From the NCBI GenBank assembly GCA_964016885.1, contig OZ024743.1, forward strand, positions 77,004,001 to 77,068,000: a stretch of 64,000 nucleotides of DNA. Direction: 5' to 3'. Source of the stretch: Eledone cirrhosa (lineage: Eukaryota). The position numbers and the translations under genes were made by a program. The first letter of the stretch is position 1. Every line of letters begins with the position of its first letter. Positions 24,260-38,268 of the stretch are shown piece after piece. The notes beneath the pieces are model-generated. The model ran no database searches. It worked only from the letters and a program-made list of their open reading frames with translations, and was not told where the DNA came from.

Positions 24260-24528
24260 CATAGTGTGTGTGTGTGTGTGTAACAGCTCACACCGATGCA
24301 GGTTTAGCTGGCCTCCTCCAAGGTATATCTCGTTGGAGGTGTCTTGGGTAATTTAATGATAGGGACCCCAGTCCTATCATCTCATTTCTACAGCTGAATA
24401 AACTGGAGTAATGTGAAATAAAGTGTCTTGCTCAAGGAAACATCACCCAGTCTGAGAATTGAACTCACAACCTTTCGATTGCAAGCCCAATGCTCTAACC
24501 ACTAAGCCATGCGACTTCATATATACAT

Positions 24529-24561
<33 letters not shown>

Positions 24562-25504
24562 AATGTAAAATGCAGAGAGACCAAGGAAGACTTGCACCTC
24601 TCAAAGACAATGACACAGGACTGGGATCTCTGGCGTTATGCAGTAATACAGAAGATACACCTTCCCATGGGCACAGGCTGAAGCATACATATATATATAG
24701 TATGAACTCCCCCCCCCCCCCCCGCCCCATACATCTCTCATGAGGACAGGCACACATCTAGTGAACCCTCCAGCCCACACTGTAAAGTAGTCATGATGGC
24801 AACACAGCAATAAAGCACCCAGTAAATGTGGTTAGCATTAGGAAGGGCATCCAGCTATAGAAACCAAGCCAGAAACAGTTCTGTGAGAGCAAGAGACAGT
24901 CACCTGACCCGACTTGCCTCAAACAGGACAACCCATCTACCCCATGCTAGCGTGGAAAATGGACATTAAATCATGATGATGATGATTCAAATGAACACTA
25001 CTATTGTAAAAGGTATCCTTTCTTGAATCCTTCTTTGGAATAAAAAAGGATTTCTAATTTAGGTCCAAGGGCAGCAGTTTGTCGGAAGGGTAAAGCAGAT
25101 TGACTCCAGTACTTGACTGGTACTTTATTTCATAATTCCCAGAACAATGGAAAGCAAAGGTGACCTCATTAAACATCAATGATTTCTAACATTAGAACCA
25201 GATCTTCTTCAAATAACAAAATAGCAAAGGACACATCAGATAATGTACTGCACTAAAATGGTGAGATGGTCATGACTGGAATGTCACTAATGTTTACTAG
25301 ATTAGGATTGACCCGATACAAAAATCTAAGAACCTTTGTTAAGTTATATTCCAAACACCAGATTAATAACAATAAACTTAGTTATATTACTAAATCCCTC
25401 CAAATTCTTTATTTTCAAGAATAAGTTGAAGAAATATTTTAATTTTTATAAACAGACACAAATGAAATCTACCAAATTTTTAGTTGGGAATTTCATGTTT
25501 AGCA

Positions 25505-26665
25505 TTCTTTCTCTCTCTCTCTTTCATTCTCTCTCACTATCTTTCATTCTCTCTCTCACTCTCACTTTCATTCTCTCTCTCTCTTTTTCATTCTCTTTTC
25601 ATCTCTCACTCTTTCATTCTCTCTCACTCTCTCTTTCATTCTCTTTTCATCTCTCACTCTTTCATTCTCTCTCACTCTCTCTCTCTTTCATTCTCTTTTC
25701 ATCTCTCACTCTTTCATTCTCTCTCACTCTCTCTCTCTTTCATTCTCTTTTCATCTCTCACTCTTTCATTCTCTCTCACTCTCTCTCTTTCTCTTTTCAT
25801 CTCTCACTCTCTCTTTCTCTTTTCATCTCTCACTCTTTCATTCTCTCTCACTCTCTCTTTCATTCTCTTTTCATCTCTCACTCTCTTTCTCTTTTCATTT
25901 CTCACTCTTTCATTCTCTCTCACTCTCTCTTTCATTCTCTTTTCATCTCTCACTCTTTCTCTTCATCTCTCATTCTCTCTCATCAGGTCAGATCAGACTG
26001 GATTAGATCAGATTGTTAAATCTGTCCAATCCAGTCCAATCTGACCCATTTTGATCTGATCTGGACTGATCCAGTCTAATCTGATCCAATCCAATCCAGC
26101 CTGGTCTGATCTGGCCTAAACAGGTCAAGAGTAATCTCATCCTGCCTGATCCTGACCTGTTCTGGTCTGACACAATCCAGTCTCATCCAATCCAGTTTGG
26201 TCCGGTCTGACTTGATCCATACTGATCCGATCTGATCTGGACGAACCAATCCAGTCTGATCTGATCTGGTTTCATCCAGTCTGACTTGATCCATACTGAT
26301 CCGATCTGGTCTGGACAAACCAATCCAGTCTGATTTGATCTATACTGATCCGATCTGGTCTGGTCCGATCCAGTCTCATTTGATCGATACTGATCCAATC
26401 CAGTCTGATCTGATCCGGTCTGGTTTGATTCGATCTGATCTAATCCAATCTGGTCTGAACCAATCCAGTCTGATTTGATCTGATCCGATCTGGTCTGGAC
26501 TGATCTGGCCCCATCCAATCCAGTCAAATTCAATCTGGTCTGAACCGGTCTGGACTGATTTGGTCTGATCCATTCTGGTCCAATTCAATCTGGTCTGATC
26601 CATTCTGGTCCAATTCAATCTGGTCTGATCCAGTCTGATTTGATCTGGTTTGATTCAATCAGACC
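25505..26665. repeat. Pyrimidine-rich (CT/CATT/CACT) tract followed from about 25985 by a degenerate pentamer array (GATCT/AATCC/GGTCT)
   Basis: Direct inspection. Confidence 0.9.
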
Positions 26666-28549
26666 TGGAGATGAATAAACTCTGCCAGGTTTAAGATGCC
26701 CAAGACATGCTGTTTGTCAGAACAGACCCCAACCCAACTCTATGAGCCCTACCTTTACCTTTTTGTTGACGAGAGCTCTCACAGATATATAACAAAGGTT
26801 GAGAGTTTATTGAATTGACCTTGATATATGACTGGTATCTATGTAGCAATCAGAATCATTATAAGGCATAAGACAAAATGCCTTGTGGTATTTGCTGTCT
26901 TTCAAGTTCAAATCATGCCAATGTTAACTTTGCCTTTAATCTCTCTCAAGGTCAATAAAATAAAGTATCTATCCATGGTTCATATTAAAATGCTTACTCC
27001 TCATATCCAAATTATCTTATATTAAAAAGTGTATTGCTCATCTTGTTCCCATATTGCTTCATATTCCATTCTCACATTCCTTCTTTTTCTTTGATTACTT
27101 TCAGTTCAAAAGTGCAGACAATCAAGACAAATATCACATGGTATTTTCTCCTATGCTTTTAACAACTCTGCCAATTTGCTGCCTGAAAGACAGCTATACT
27201 TTTTACCATATTCCCAATGAAAAAAGAAGTATATGCTTTGAAAATTACTTAGAAAATAATTTTTTAAAACCTGTGAGTGATTTAGAAATATAGCAGCCCT
27301 CCTGCCCTGTTTTTTTCCAAGTAAAACCCATGAAGTAAATAAAACCCAGCCATGAAAAGATAAGACTATTCAAGATATATTTTGATTCAATTTTCCACAA
27401 CTTTCTCTTTCTCTTTTTGAGGTTCCCCATTTGTTTATTTCAACTTCAATATTCAATACTTTTTAAATGCGTCGTCATCTTCTTCCTCAACTAACTTCCT
27501 GGCTCTATTGACACCAACTCCTCCCCTCCACATCACCGGTCTCGATTTGTCCTAACCAAGCAAACAACATGCGACGCTCCTGTCTCTTGAAGTAAAACCC
27601 AGCCTATGGTTCTATCGTTTCTGCATCCCACCATCTGCCCTCTATCCACCACCTGGTTAGCTGTCTTAGCTGACATTGCCTTGCACACTCCTCTCCCATC
27701 TTCTCAACCGTTGCTTTCCTCACCTACTCTATTAGATCAAGGATGGAAAAGACTGCACCTGGCCCCCTCTCTACCCCCTTCTCGTTATCTTTTTAATTTT
27801 TTCATCCTAATATTTCAGAGTATGAGGAACTCTTAGAACAAAACATTCCAGCCTTATCGCTTTGAAATTTGATTTAAATTTTAAATTTAGAAACTGTTTT
27901 CAAGTGTTGTGTTTTGAAGAAAAATAGGCTGGAATAACAGCTATCATCATCATCACTTTATGTCTACTTTCCATGCTAGCATGGGTTCAACAGGTTGTCA
28001 TGGTCAATAATCAGAGGGGTCAGGGGTTAGTACAGATGGATGCCCTTAATGTCACCACTTCACAAGGTGTACAGGGTACATTTGTTCGTGGTACCATTAG
28101 GCTGTCATGTATTTGACCCAACTGACGGGTCCTTGCAACTCTTTGTTTGGCAAGCTTTCTATGACTGATGCCCTTCCTATCACTAACCACTTTAAAGTGA
28201 GTACTGGGTGGTTTATCATGTAGATCACCAACACTAGGACAGTTGTTATGTCTCTGACACAACTAAAGGCTCTTTAAATTACAGATTCTGAGTGAACAGA
28301 AGCAACATGAAATAAACTGTCTTTGTCAAAGACTAAACATGCCACTAGGAATCGAACTATTGACCTTACAATCATGTATGAAACACCCTAACCACTAAGC
28401 CATGCACCTTCACAAGTTAGATATTAAAGAACTCTACACAACCATTCCATATTGCCAACAAATAACTTTCTGGAACTCACTGCCAGAGCTGAGTAAGGTT
28501 TACTAAAATCAATCAACTGCATCTCTTCAAAACATAAGACTTATCTTAA

Positions 28550-28746
28550 CCCTTTCATGACCACATTTCTAATGAAATACTCTCTATTTCAATTAATTAT
28601 TAAAGAATTTTGAGGGATTTACAAAAATTAATTATTTCATTATTAATATAGTAACTTAATATATGGTTCATATATAAAATTATATTGGAAGATTTTTATT
28701 TAAATAGGAACCAGAGCCGGTTTTGGCCAAGTTGGTATTAAAAGGG
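28550..28746. mobile_element. piggyBac-like MITE (family P2)
   Basis: TTAA|CCCTTTCATGACCAC ... GTTGGTATTAAAAGGG. Confidence 0.65.
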
Positions 28747-28891
28747 TTTTATAGGAGGACCCATATAAGTTGATAATAAAAGGGTTAAATAGAAGGGCCC
28801 CCATTCATGTTGAAAACTGCTCTTCGGGTTCCTTTTTTTTTACCAAAAGAAAATGAAATAAAAGCAATGAGATTGGTTAACAGATCCATAC

Positions 28892-29056
28892 CTACAAATG
28901 GTGTCTTGATTATCTTTTGAACCAATACAGGAATTACGCAGACATCTAAAGACTTCGGTAACTGTCTCATTTAATCCTTTCACTTCCCTTGATTCAGCCA
29001 AATAAGTTTCTAGAACTGTGGAAGCTGTTTCCAAGAACTCTGAAGAAACGGTCAAC
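28892..29056 (-). CDS. ATXN10: Ataxin-10 exon 2 (LTVSSEFLETASTVLETYLAESREVKGLNETVTEVFRCLRNSCIGSKDNQDTIC)
   Basis: Acceptor TAATAG|, donor AG|GTATGG, 165 nt, phase 2/2. TEVFRCLRNSC..S.DNQDTI matches the ATXN10 motif TECFRCLRNACIECSVNQNSI. Confidence 0.92.
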
Positions 29057-29699
29057 CTATTAAAGAGAATAGATAGAATATTATTATTTAGGGAGGGAGT
29101 AATGTGACGAGAGGAGAGAGGAGAAGGTAGGGAAGAAAATAGAGAGAGAAAATGGAGTGTGAGAGAGAGATAATCATCATCATCATCATCACCATCATCG
29201 TTTTTGATGATGATGATTATGATGGTGGTAATGATGGTGATGATTTCCTCTCACTTATATTTTCTTTTCTTTTCTCATACACACAAAAGAAAGGAAAAAA
29301 TAAGAGAGGAAAGAAATGACACAAATAGGAGAGAAAGAACGAGTGGGAGGAGAGAAGGTAGAAAGTAAGAGAGAGTGGGGGGAGAGGAGGTAAGATAGAA
29401 AAGAGAGTGGGAGGAGAGAAGGTAGGATAAGACAGTGTTTGTCTAATGTGATGAAAACAATAAAAATATATACTTACTAAAGTTGACAGAAGGAATGGAC
29501 CTCTGTCACTTGTCTCAGTAGAGACACACACACACACATACACAAACAGACACACAGACACAAACCGACAGACACACACACACCTTATGTGACACTTGTA
29601 AATGTATTATTTAAGTTTACTCTACACAAATCAATTTTTTTTTTCAGCATCCGTTTTTTCACACCAATAAATTTAAATAACTTTCATCTCTGAATGACT

Positions 29700-30290
29700 T
29701 TACTTTGCATCTTCAACTCCAACGTGAAGGTGGTAGTGATGTACGGATGTGGAACTTGGAGGACAACAAAGAAGATACTGCAGAAAATCCAGACGTTTTT
29801 TGACACCTGTCTCAGGTATATCTACAACATCAAATGACCAGAGAAGATCAGAAACGAAGATCTGTGAGAGTGGAGCAGGAACCAGTGGAAAAGCAGATTC
29901 TGTGGAGGATGTGGAGATGGATTGGACAAACCCTGAGGAAACCAGCATCCAGCACCACATGCCAAACCTTGAGCTGGAACCCGCAGATTACAAGGAAAAG
30001 AGGACAACCCCATGGCAGCTGGAGGTGTCACTGAAGCACCTGGAAGCCGCAGGTTACAAGGAAAAGAGGACAACCCCATGGCAGCTGGAGGTGTGTCACT
30101 GAAGCACCTGGAAGCCGCAGGTTACAAGGAAAAGAGGACAACCCCATGGCATCTGGAGGTGTGTCACTGAAGCTGAATTAAGAAAACTGAAAGCCAAATG
30201 GAGTGGAGTGACAGGAACAGCCCAGGTTCGTGTAGGATGGTGGAGGGTTGTCAATGGCCTATGCTCCACAGAGAGTGATGGGGCTGAATG
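29700..30290 (+). mobile_element. RTE-clade LINE 3' fragment (third family) with an internal triplication of about 66 bp
   Basis: Frameshifted LRIFNSNVKVVVMYGCGTWR...EQEPVEKQILWRMWRWIGQTLRKP...LSWNPQ. Confidence 0.8.
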
Positions 30291-30376
30291 TATGATCAGC
30301 CACTAACCCCACTAAAGTATGAAACATGGATATGTATCATTGATATAGTAGAATAAAGAAAGCAAAACGATAAATA

Positions 30377-31642
30377 CAGGGTTGCTCAGTTCTTTGAGAA
30401 GATTTGCATGGGTTTAATAAAAGACGCATAAGACATGAAAGAAGAACTTTATTTGAGAAAAAATTGGCATGAATACTCTTGAGACTCTTCTACTCAACAA
30501 CTCTGCTGTTAGTATTGATGGCTGCTGGAATATGAGGTCTGAAATATTGACATGCCTGAATCAGGTGATCTTTATCTATTTGGGATATTATGATAGTTAT
30601 GGCAAACTTAGGAAATTTAATAGTGTTGATTGGCTTCTCTCTTAACAATGCTCCATATGTAGTAGTCCAATGGATTCAGGTCTGGAGAGCTAAGAGGCCA
30701 TACGTTTGGGGTGTTGTGATCATGGAGATTGTAACTCATCCTTTCTTGGATCATCTTGGTCTTATGGTCTTGTTAGTAGGTATACAGTCTTACTTTGCTC
30801 TCACCCTCTATCCAAGGCCCTCTCCAACACCTTATTATACTCAGCAGCATTGACCCTTAAGCCCTGAGGAAAGAAATGAGAAGGTATAATATCTCCCTCA
30901 TTGCTCAGAAGAATCCCATTTGCCAGAAACTTTATGTGCAGGACCGTTGAAACATCTTTAGGGTCTCTGCAAACCATCTGTAATTCCTTAAGTTGACCTT
31001 TTGGTCCTGATCAAAGTTTTTCTCGTCATAGAAAAACCAAATCATTTCAGGCTCTTCATGCTTCAACTTGCTCAACACTTGTTTTGCACAGATCAGATAG
31101 TTATCTTTTGTCTTAGCAGACATGAATTGGCCTCTCCACATCACATATGACTTGTATCGAAGATTCTTATGCACAAATTCTTCCAATAGTGTGCCTTGAA
31201 AGCTTGAGCTCCTAGCAATAGTGCTAATTGACTTTCTGGGGTTCTTATCAATAATTTCTGCCCCTTTCATACACAATTGGGCATTGTGATGGTATTAGGG
31301 CCCTTTCAGGAAGTGAACACTCTATAAATGACTATACTCAGCTTCTAAAGCAGTGATTACAGTGTTCCTTTTTATTTGCTGAGTTAGTTTGATGTCTGTC
31401 CTCATTTATCTGAAAAGAAGTGATAATCAGAACAAGGTAGAAATATGTTAAAATCACTAAAAGACATATCTTCAAAGACCTGACCATCTCTGTAATGTAG
31501 CAATGTCTCAATTTAATGTCCTTAAAGACCTGACCATCTCTGTACTGTAACAATGTCTCAATTTAATGTCCTCAAAGACCTGACCATATATGTAATGTAG
31601 CAATGTCTCAATTTAATGTCCTCAAAGAACTGACCAAGCCTG
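30377..31642 (-). mobile_element. Decayed Tc1/mariner transposon (maT/DD37D-like), about 1.27 kb
   Basis: TA-flanked TIRs CAGGGTTGCTCAGTTCTTTGAGAAGATT and CAGGCTTGGTCAGTTCTTTGAGGACATT. Transposase remnants WFFYDEKNFDQDQKVN.RN.RW and WPLSSPDLNPLDYYIW. Confidence 0.85.
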
Positions 31643-31769
31643 TAATAGATTTAGTAATGTTTCAATTTTGACTCTTTAAAATTAAAACTTTTATTCAAGT
31701 CATTTTCACATGAAGTTACATTTTAATTTCTATTTTTATTTGATGATTATGATACATGCATTACCTTTA

Positions 31770-32170
31770 AGAATATGGAATTAATGCAAATACAGCTGGA
31801 GAGTATGAGGCAAGCATGCCTTGATGGATGTGCAATGTTAATGTGCAAGAACGACAAAGCATAGATAAACTGAGAGATAAACTGGGTATAAGAGGAATCA
31901 AATGTGTGCAAGAGAGGAAACTGTGTTTGTTTAAACATGTGATGCACATGGATGATGACTATTGGGTGAAGAAATGCCAAGTAATCCCAGTGGAAGGAAG
32001 CCACAGTAGAGGAAGACCAAGGAAGACCTGGATGGAAGTGATAAGAGCTGATCTCAAATCGCTGAAACTAACAGAACTGATGACAAAGGAACGCAACAAG
32101 TGGAGAGATGCCATACTGAGATGGACCCATCCAAGTGTGGAACGACAGATGCAAAATAATGATGATGGTG
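31770..32170 (+). mobile_element. RTE-clade LINE 3' fragment
   Basis: WMCNV..LRDKLGIRGI..HVMHMDDD.WVKKC..RGRPRKTW; (GAT)n tail. Confidence 0.85.
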
Positions 32171-33455
32171 ATGATAATAATAATAATAATGATGAAATTA
32201 TTGTGTACAGTGCTCAGGTGCACTACAATTCATCAAAGGTGCATGTATTGTACATAAAATAATATACAAATGTCAGGGAAGTGAATAGTGTATGAGTCAT
32301 GATATACATGTGTGCGTGTGTATAGAGGGGGAATATTAGGTGTAGTGTGGCGAATCTCAAGAAGCATGGAGGTTTTAAAGGATGCATGATGATGACGACG
32401 ACAATACTGCTAAGTCACAGACTGATGAAATATAAAGATCATTTCAGAGAGATTTTAACTGAAAAAGTCACCCAACTAAACTCCATACAACAAATCCAGG
32501 GAAACTTTGAAAACAATTCGAAGTCGGATATATTTAGTTTCTGGCTCTCTACAAATTACACTATCAGTTCTTCATTACTATATTATATAAACACCTCAAT
32601 TGTAATGGTTAGAGGAATGATAGTGCAATGGTTAAGGTATTTTCGGTCTATAGCAAAATGAAAAGCAATCTTAAGTAAAATAGTAAAGTTACTAGTATAA
32701 GGGACATAACTCCTGGATTCCTTTCCTCAACTTCTTGAATGCTAAAAAATATTTTTGTACTCAGGTCTCGAATAATCGCCCCACTCTACCCCCACCCCAC
32801 TTATCAATTGTTCACCCCCTCCCCTCTTATTCAAACCCCAAATACCCCACTTATTAAATTTAGGTAATCTATCGCTTATTTTAAGTGGTAGCATTCACGT
32901 TGGTTTATTTCTAACCATTTCTAGAAAAAGCAAAATGAATGCTTCACCTTTGAAAGAGGGATCACAAGAAGATATCTCTACCAAGAAATATCTGTGGATC
33001 TTGATACAACATAGTCCCCAAACACCAGCTTCTACTAAAACCTAAATTCCATATCCTAAATGGTGATTTCTGTGCCACTTACCTTCTCCGCCTGGTTCCC
33101 AGTAATATATTTTTCCAGTTACTCTATCTCAAAGCCTTTATTCGCTACTTCTTCTAAGTACATTTTTTTCCTCTACCACTCTTGAAAAGAATCGAGACTC
33201 CAATACTAAACTCGTACTTTATTTATTGAAATTGAAAAGATGAAAGGCAAAGTTGGCCTCAGTTGGATTTGAACTCAGAGAGCAGAAACGAATACTGCAA
33301 AGCATTCTATCTGACATTCTAACAACTCTGCCAATTTGCCACCTTTCATGTAAGCGTACTGTTGAAAATCCTCCAACTAGCAACAACTCAACTATATTTC
33401 TTACACTAACCCTACTTTGGAGGCATATATCTTACCCCACCATTCTGTAAAGTCC

Positions 33456-33580
33456 TCATCTTCCATAGCTTCATCCTTCACATCTCATCTTCCATAGCTT
33501 CAGCTTTCACATCTCATCTCCCATAGCTTCAGCCTTCACATCTCATCTTCCATAGCTTCAGCCTTCATATTTCATCTTAC
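33456..33580. repeat. About 29-bp tandem repeat, 4 copies
   Basis: Unit CATCTCATCTTCCATAGCTTCAGCCTTCA. Confidence 0.85.
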
Positions 33581-34394
33581 ACTCATTCCATACAAATGGC
33601 ACTGCTGTAGGAACTAAATCTTATGACATTCCCATCCCTTTATAACGATTCATTCTTAACATACTGATCACCAATAAACCTTTCATCTCTTTCTCCAAAC
33701 CCAACATTTACCAACCAATCAACAGCACTGCATTTATCAGGTTCACCATATAGTACCTTCACTACTTCCCAGAGACACAGGTGTGGCTATGTACACAGGT
33801 ATGTAATTAAATAGAGGTAAACATGGCTGAGTGATGAAGAAGTTCACATTGCCACAATATGGTTTGGGGTTCAATGTCACAATTAGGCACTTTGGTCAAC
33901 AAAGCCTTGAAATTGTGAAATTTATAGACAGAGATAGTACAGAAGTCTATCAAAGGGACTGTTCTGTTATTGGGAGGTAGAATTAATCATTGCCTAGTTT
34001 AATTCCCCCACTTGTTCCTTAGAAGTCTTTAACAAAGTCCATTCTGTTGCAAGTATTTGGTCGAAGTCCCCTGTCTGAGATAACTTCCTCTTTTCTCCCA
34101 CCTGTCTCAGAGGTCCTAAATAAAGTCCAGACCTACTTCCTATAAATGGTAAATTATAAAAACTCAGCCCACCACACAATACTGCCCACCTCCTCCAAGA
34201 CATATAATACTTCACATCAGCTGCCTGGTCGGAGCTCCACCAATTCTATTATAATTTATCTCTGTGTAAGGTGTTTTATCCCTGACACATCATAAACAAT
34301 AAATGACTAAAACCCATCCTATGTCCTTTCAAGTCCCCAACCAAAATAGTTCTCCCATCAACTCAATTTCACTCATAAAGCTATGGTAAATAAT

Positions 34395-34611
34395 GATTTC
34401 TGATTTAAACACAAGGCCGGCAATTTTTACGGGAGGGGAAAGTCGATTATATCGACCTCAGTGTGTGATTGGTACTTTTTTTATCGGCACTGTATGGAAG
34501 AAAGGCAAAGTTAACCTCGGCGAAATTTGAGCTCAGAACATAAAGGACCTTAACTCTATGCCAAGAAGCAGGATGTCTGATGCTCTACCAATACTGCCAA
34601 TCCACCGCCCT
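34395..34611 (-). mobile_element. tRNA-derived SINE family A
   Basis: Family consensus match. Confidence 0.8.
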
Positions 34612-35525
34612 TGTAAAGTAAATAATACTTGCCCAAGATATCACATTGTGGAATTGAACCTGGGACTTAAGGCTGCAAAGTGAACCTCTTAACCATTTGG
34701 TCACGCTAATAAAGAAATCATCTTCTTCAACCACTTATTCTTGAGAGGGTCATGGGGGCAGAGTCCTCAAACACTCCTTCCGCCGGGTCCTGTCAGAAGC
34801 AACTGTACTCCACTGACCCAGCTGGATCCCCAAGCAAGACCAACTAAGCTCAAGGATGTTATCCAAACATCTTGCTCAGGGTCTACTCCTTGGGTCTCCT
34901 GCCGGTTGGTTTTGCCCGTAAAATCTGTCCAGAGATTATTTCCTGAGACATTCTAACCACATGTCCATAGTATCGGAGCTGTGATATCTCAATTCAGAGA
35001 AGTAGCGACTCTACCTGAAGTGATTCTGATGTCCGAGCTCCACATGTCCATAGTATCAGAGCTGTGCCACCTAAAAACTGGATCACTTTTACCAATTACA
35101 GCAACCCCAGCATGATAAGTTGAAATACAAAGGTTGCGTTTGTTCATCATAGCTTGCAAGCTCCCCAAAAATTCTAAACTGCAGCTTATCTATTTAGTCC
35201 TTAGACAAAAGAATCTCAATTAAAATCCTCTTCCTCCTCTCCACTTCTCCTCAACCATAATGGTTCTGTAAGCAACATTCACACAAAGAAAGTTTTCACA
35301 TTAACTGCCCACTATATATTATCCTTTTTCATGTGACCAGGCTAACCACCATGTAACTATACAAACCAAGTGTGAAGTCACCTTCAGTTCAAACCAGCAA
35401 GGTAACTGGGTATGATAAGGTCTCTTCAACTAATCTCAATCAATGTACCCTACAACTAACCCATCCTTATGGTTTGTTTTTACAACTGTAGACAATATTC
35501 TTATCCTGGGTCAACTTAACTGGTA

Positions 35526-35871
35526 CTCTTGGCTCACGAATACTCGACCCCACCTCCCATCCCATTAATTTTTCAGATTTGTTCCAAACCCCCCCCCCCC
35601 CCCTCCCACACACACACACTTATTAAATTTTACTAATCTATCTCTGGTGAAATTTTATTTTAATTCCTGCGATAATTTTCTTTAGACACCGAAAAACAAA
35701 TATGACAAAAATGTACATTACTAGAAATCCCATGTTATAAAATAAATAGGATGGCTTGGGGGTCTCAATATGTAAACTAAACAACTAATTCTGGTTTTTA
35801 AAAAAATCAACGGAGACAACCTAGAAAAATTAGCGATTTTCCACCCACCCCTATTATTTGAAACCCGAGAG
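35526..35871. mobile_element. pogo/Tigger-like MITE
   Basis: TA-flanked, degenerate TIRs; same family in opposite orientation. Confidence 0.7.
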
Positions 35872-35959
35872 TATATTTAGAAGCAATTGTCCCAACATTC
35901 TTTAACAATTCATTAAAGGGTCAAATTTTTGGCAACAAAAAGTGAGTTGACATTATTAA

Positions 35960-36155
35960 CCAGAGCAGTGGATTGGCAGTATCAGTAGAGGGTCGGATGC
36001 CATGCTTTCTAGCATAAAGTTACGTCCCTTTACGGACTGAGTTCAAATCCCTCCAAGGTTAATATTGCCTTTCATCCTTACTGGGTCGATAAAATAAAGT
36101 ACCAGTAATGTACTGGGTTATTGCAGGCCTTGTGCCAAAAGTAGAAATAATTATT
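35960..36155 (+). mobile_element. tRNA-derived SINE family A (about 190 bp), plus-strand copy
   Basis: A box TGGCAGTATCAG, B box GAGTTCAAATCC, central GCCTTTCATCC..GGGTCGATAAAATAAAGTACC and an (ATT)-type tail. Confidence 0.85.
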
Positions 36156-37939
36156 AACCTTTGGTCTTGTAATATTAAGGTGGTCGGTTAGGTCTCCACA
36201 GGTCTGAGTACAGGAGATTTCTTCCAGAGAAAAACAATGGTGATAGTGAGAGATAGAGAGGAAGAATCAACCCCCAGTATTAGACTGGTACTTTCTTTAT
36301 CAACATTAAATGGACGAACGGCAAAGTTGACCCTATAAATGTTACAAAGAAAGAAAAGGTGATTCTTAAAGGGAAGTTACTGTGTAGGTACGGAATGTAA
36401 GGGAAATAACTACATACAACTGCTGGGTAACAAACACCACGTATTTCAACTCCTGTTCCATGATTTTATAGTCAACAACTTTCGCACAGTAATTTTATTT
36501 TTCGTATATCTAAATTGGTTAACCTCCTCCAATTACTGCCATCCTACTTTACAAACAGAAGAAGACTATTCATCCAATTGATAAAGCTAACATTACCGAG
36601 AACCTCCCAAAATTGACTCACCTCAACGTTGAATCATCATCATTAGCCTCAGTCGAAGGCCAGACGGGTCGGAGCGACCTATCTTGGCATGGTTTTTACG
36701 GCTGGATGACCTTCTTAACGCCAGCCAACCACCTGACATGGTGAAGTGGGTACAGTTTAACGTAGCACCAGCACTAGTTGTCACATGTTAGTCCAGACTG
36801 AACGATCCTCTCCAAACCGTATATTGTTTCTGAGCGCTACTTACACTTAAAACTCACCATTGAGATAAACCTTTTGCATCTCTCTCTCTCTCAAGCTTAC
36901 AAATACCGCTGGTCATCTCGTCCGTCTGACGATCTAACAATTAGCCACTGTCCTAGACTGATACTTTATTTTATTAACCCCCATACCAGATGAATTGTAA
37001 AGTTGACCGTAACACAATTTGAACTCAGAGTGCAAACAGCTGGAACAAATACGTCAAGTCATTTTGCCCTATGCTTCAATGATTGCTAATTCACTACCTG
37101 TGTATTCTTACCAAAAAGAATCACTGGACAGATTTTATGGTCAAAACTAACTGGCAGGAGACCCAGGGGTAGACCCCGGGCAAGATGGTTGGGTAACATC
37201 CATGAGCTTGGCTGGTCTCGACTGGGGATCCAACAGGATCAGTTGGAGTCGATTGCTTCTGACAGGACATGCTGTGTTTGAGAACTCAGCTCCCCACGAC
37301 CCTCTACACTTACTTATGACCCTCTATTCTAGTTTCAAATTCATCATCATCATCATTTTAAGTCCACTTTCTATGCTGGCATGGGTTGGACAGGTTGGTC
37401 TAGTTTGAGATTAGACCCCCTTCCTAATGCCAACAAGTTTACAGAGTTAACTAGGTGATTTTTGTGGTCACCAGCACTACTACTTTACAGAGTGAACTGG
37501 GTGCTTTTTATTGTCACCAGCACTACTACTTTACAGAGTGTACTGGGTGCTTTTTATTGTGTCACCAGCACTACCACTTTACAGAGTGTACTGGGTGCTT
37601 TTTATTGTCCCCAACACTACCACTTTACAGAGTGTACTGGATGTTTTTTTTTTAATGTGTCACCAGCACTACTACTTTACAGAGTGTACTAGGTACATTT
37701 TATGATCGTATCAACATTAGTTAGTTTCCTTTGGAACTCACAAGATTAAAGGATACTCACTACTATATGTTATCTCTATTCAATCATGGTAGCAGATATG
37801 GGTGAGATGGTATGATAGGAGAGACAGAGTAAACTGTTGAAAGAGGGGGTTAAAGAGAGGGGAGGAGAGAGGCAATGTAGGAAGAGAGAAATGGAAGGAA
37901 GGGGAGGAGCAGTGGAGCCAACCAGAGCGAAAATTTTTA

Positions 37940-37988
37940 TTTATATTTTTATATATATATATAAATAAATATAAAAATGTTCGCTCTG

Positions 37989-38081
<93 letters not shown>

Positions 38082-38134
38082 AACCTAATAAACTTTTATT
38101 TGTACTGCCTCTGTTTTTGTTCCCGTCCAAGTTT

Positions 38135-38223
<89 letters not shown>

Positions 38224-38268
38224 GGGGAGAGGGAGAGAAAGAGAGAGAGAGAAAGAGAGAGAGAGAGG
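37940..38268. repeat. Compound microsatellites (TA)n, (TG)n, (GATA)n, (GA)n
   Basis: Direct inspection. Other simple repeats: 15411 (GA)n, 48587 (TG)n, 60153 (GATA)n(GA)n, 63338 (CT)n. Confidence 0.95.

Noticed and set aside
35960-36060. tRNA genes suggested by A/B boxes (also 38268-38340)
   Set aside because: No cloverleaf with an acceptor stem, and each is followed by a SINE body; these are SINE heads.
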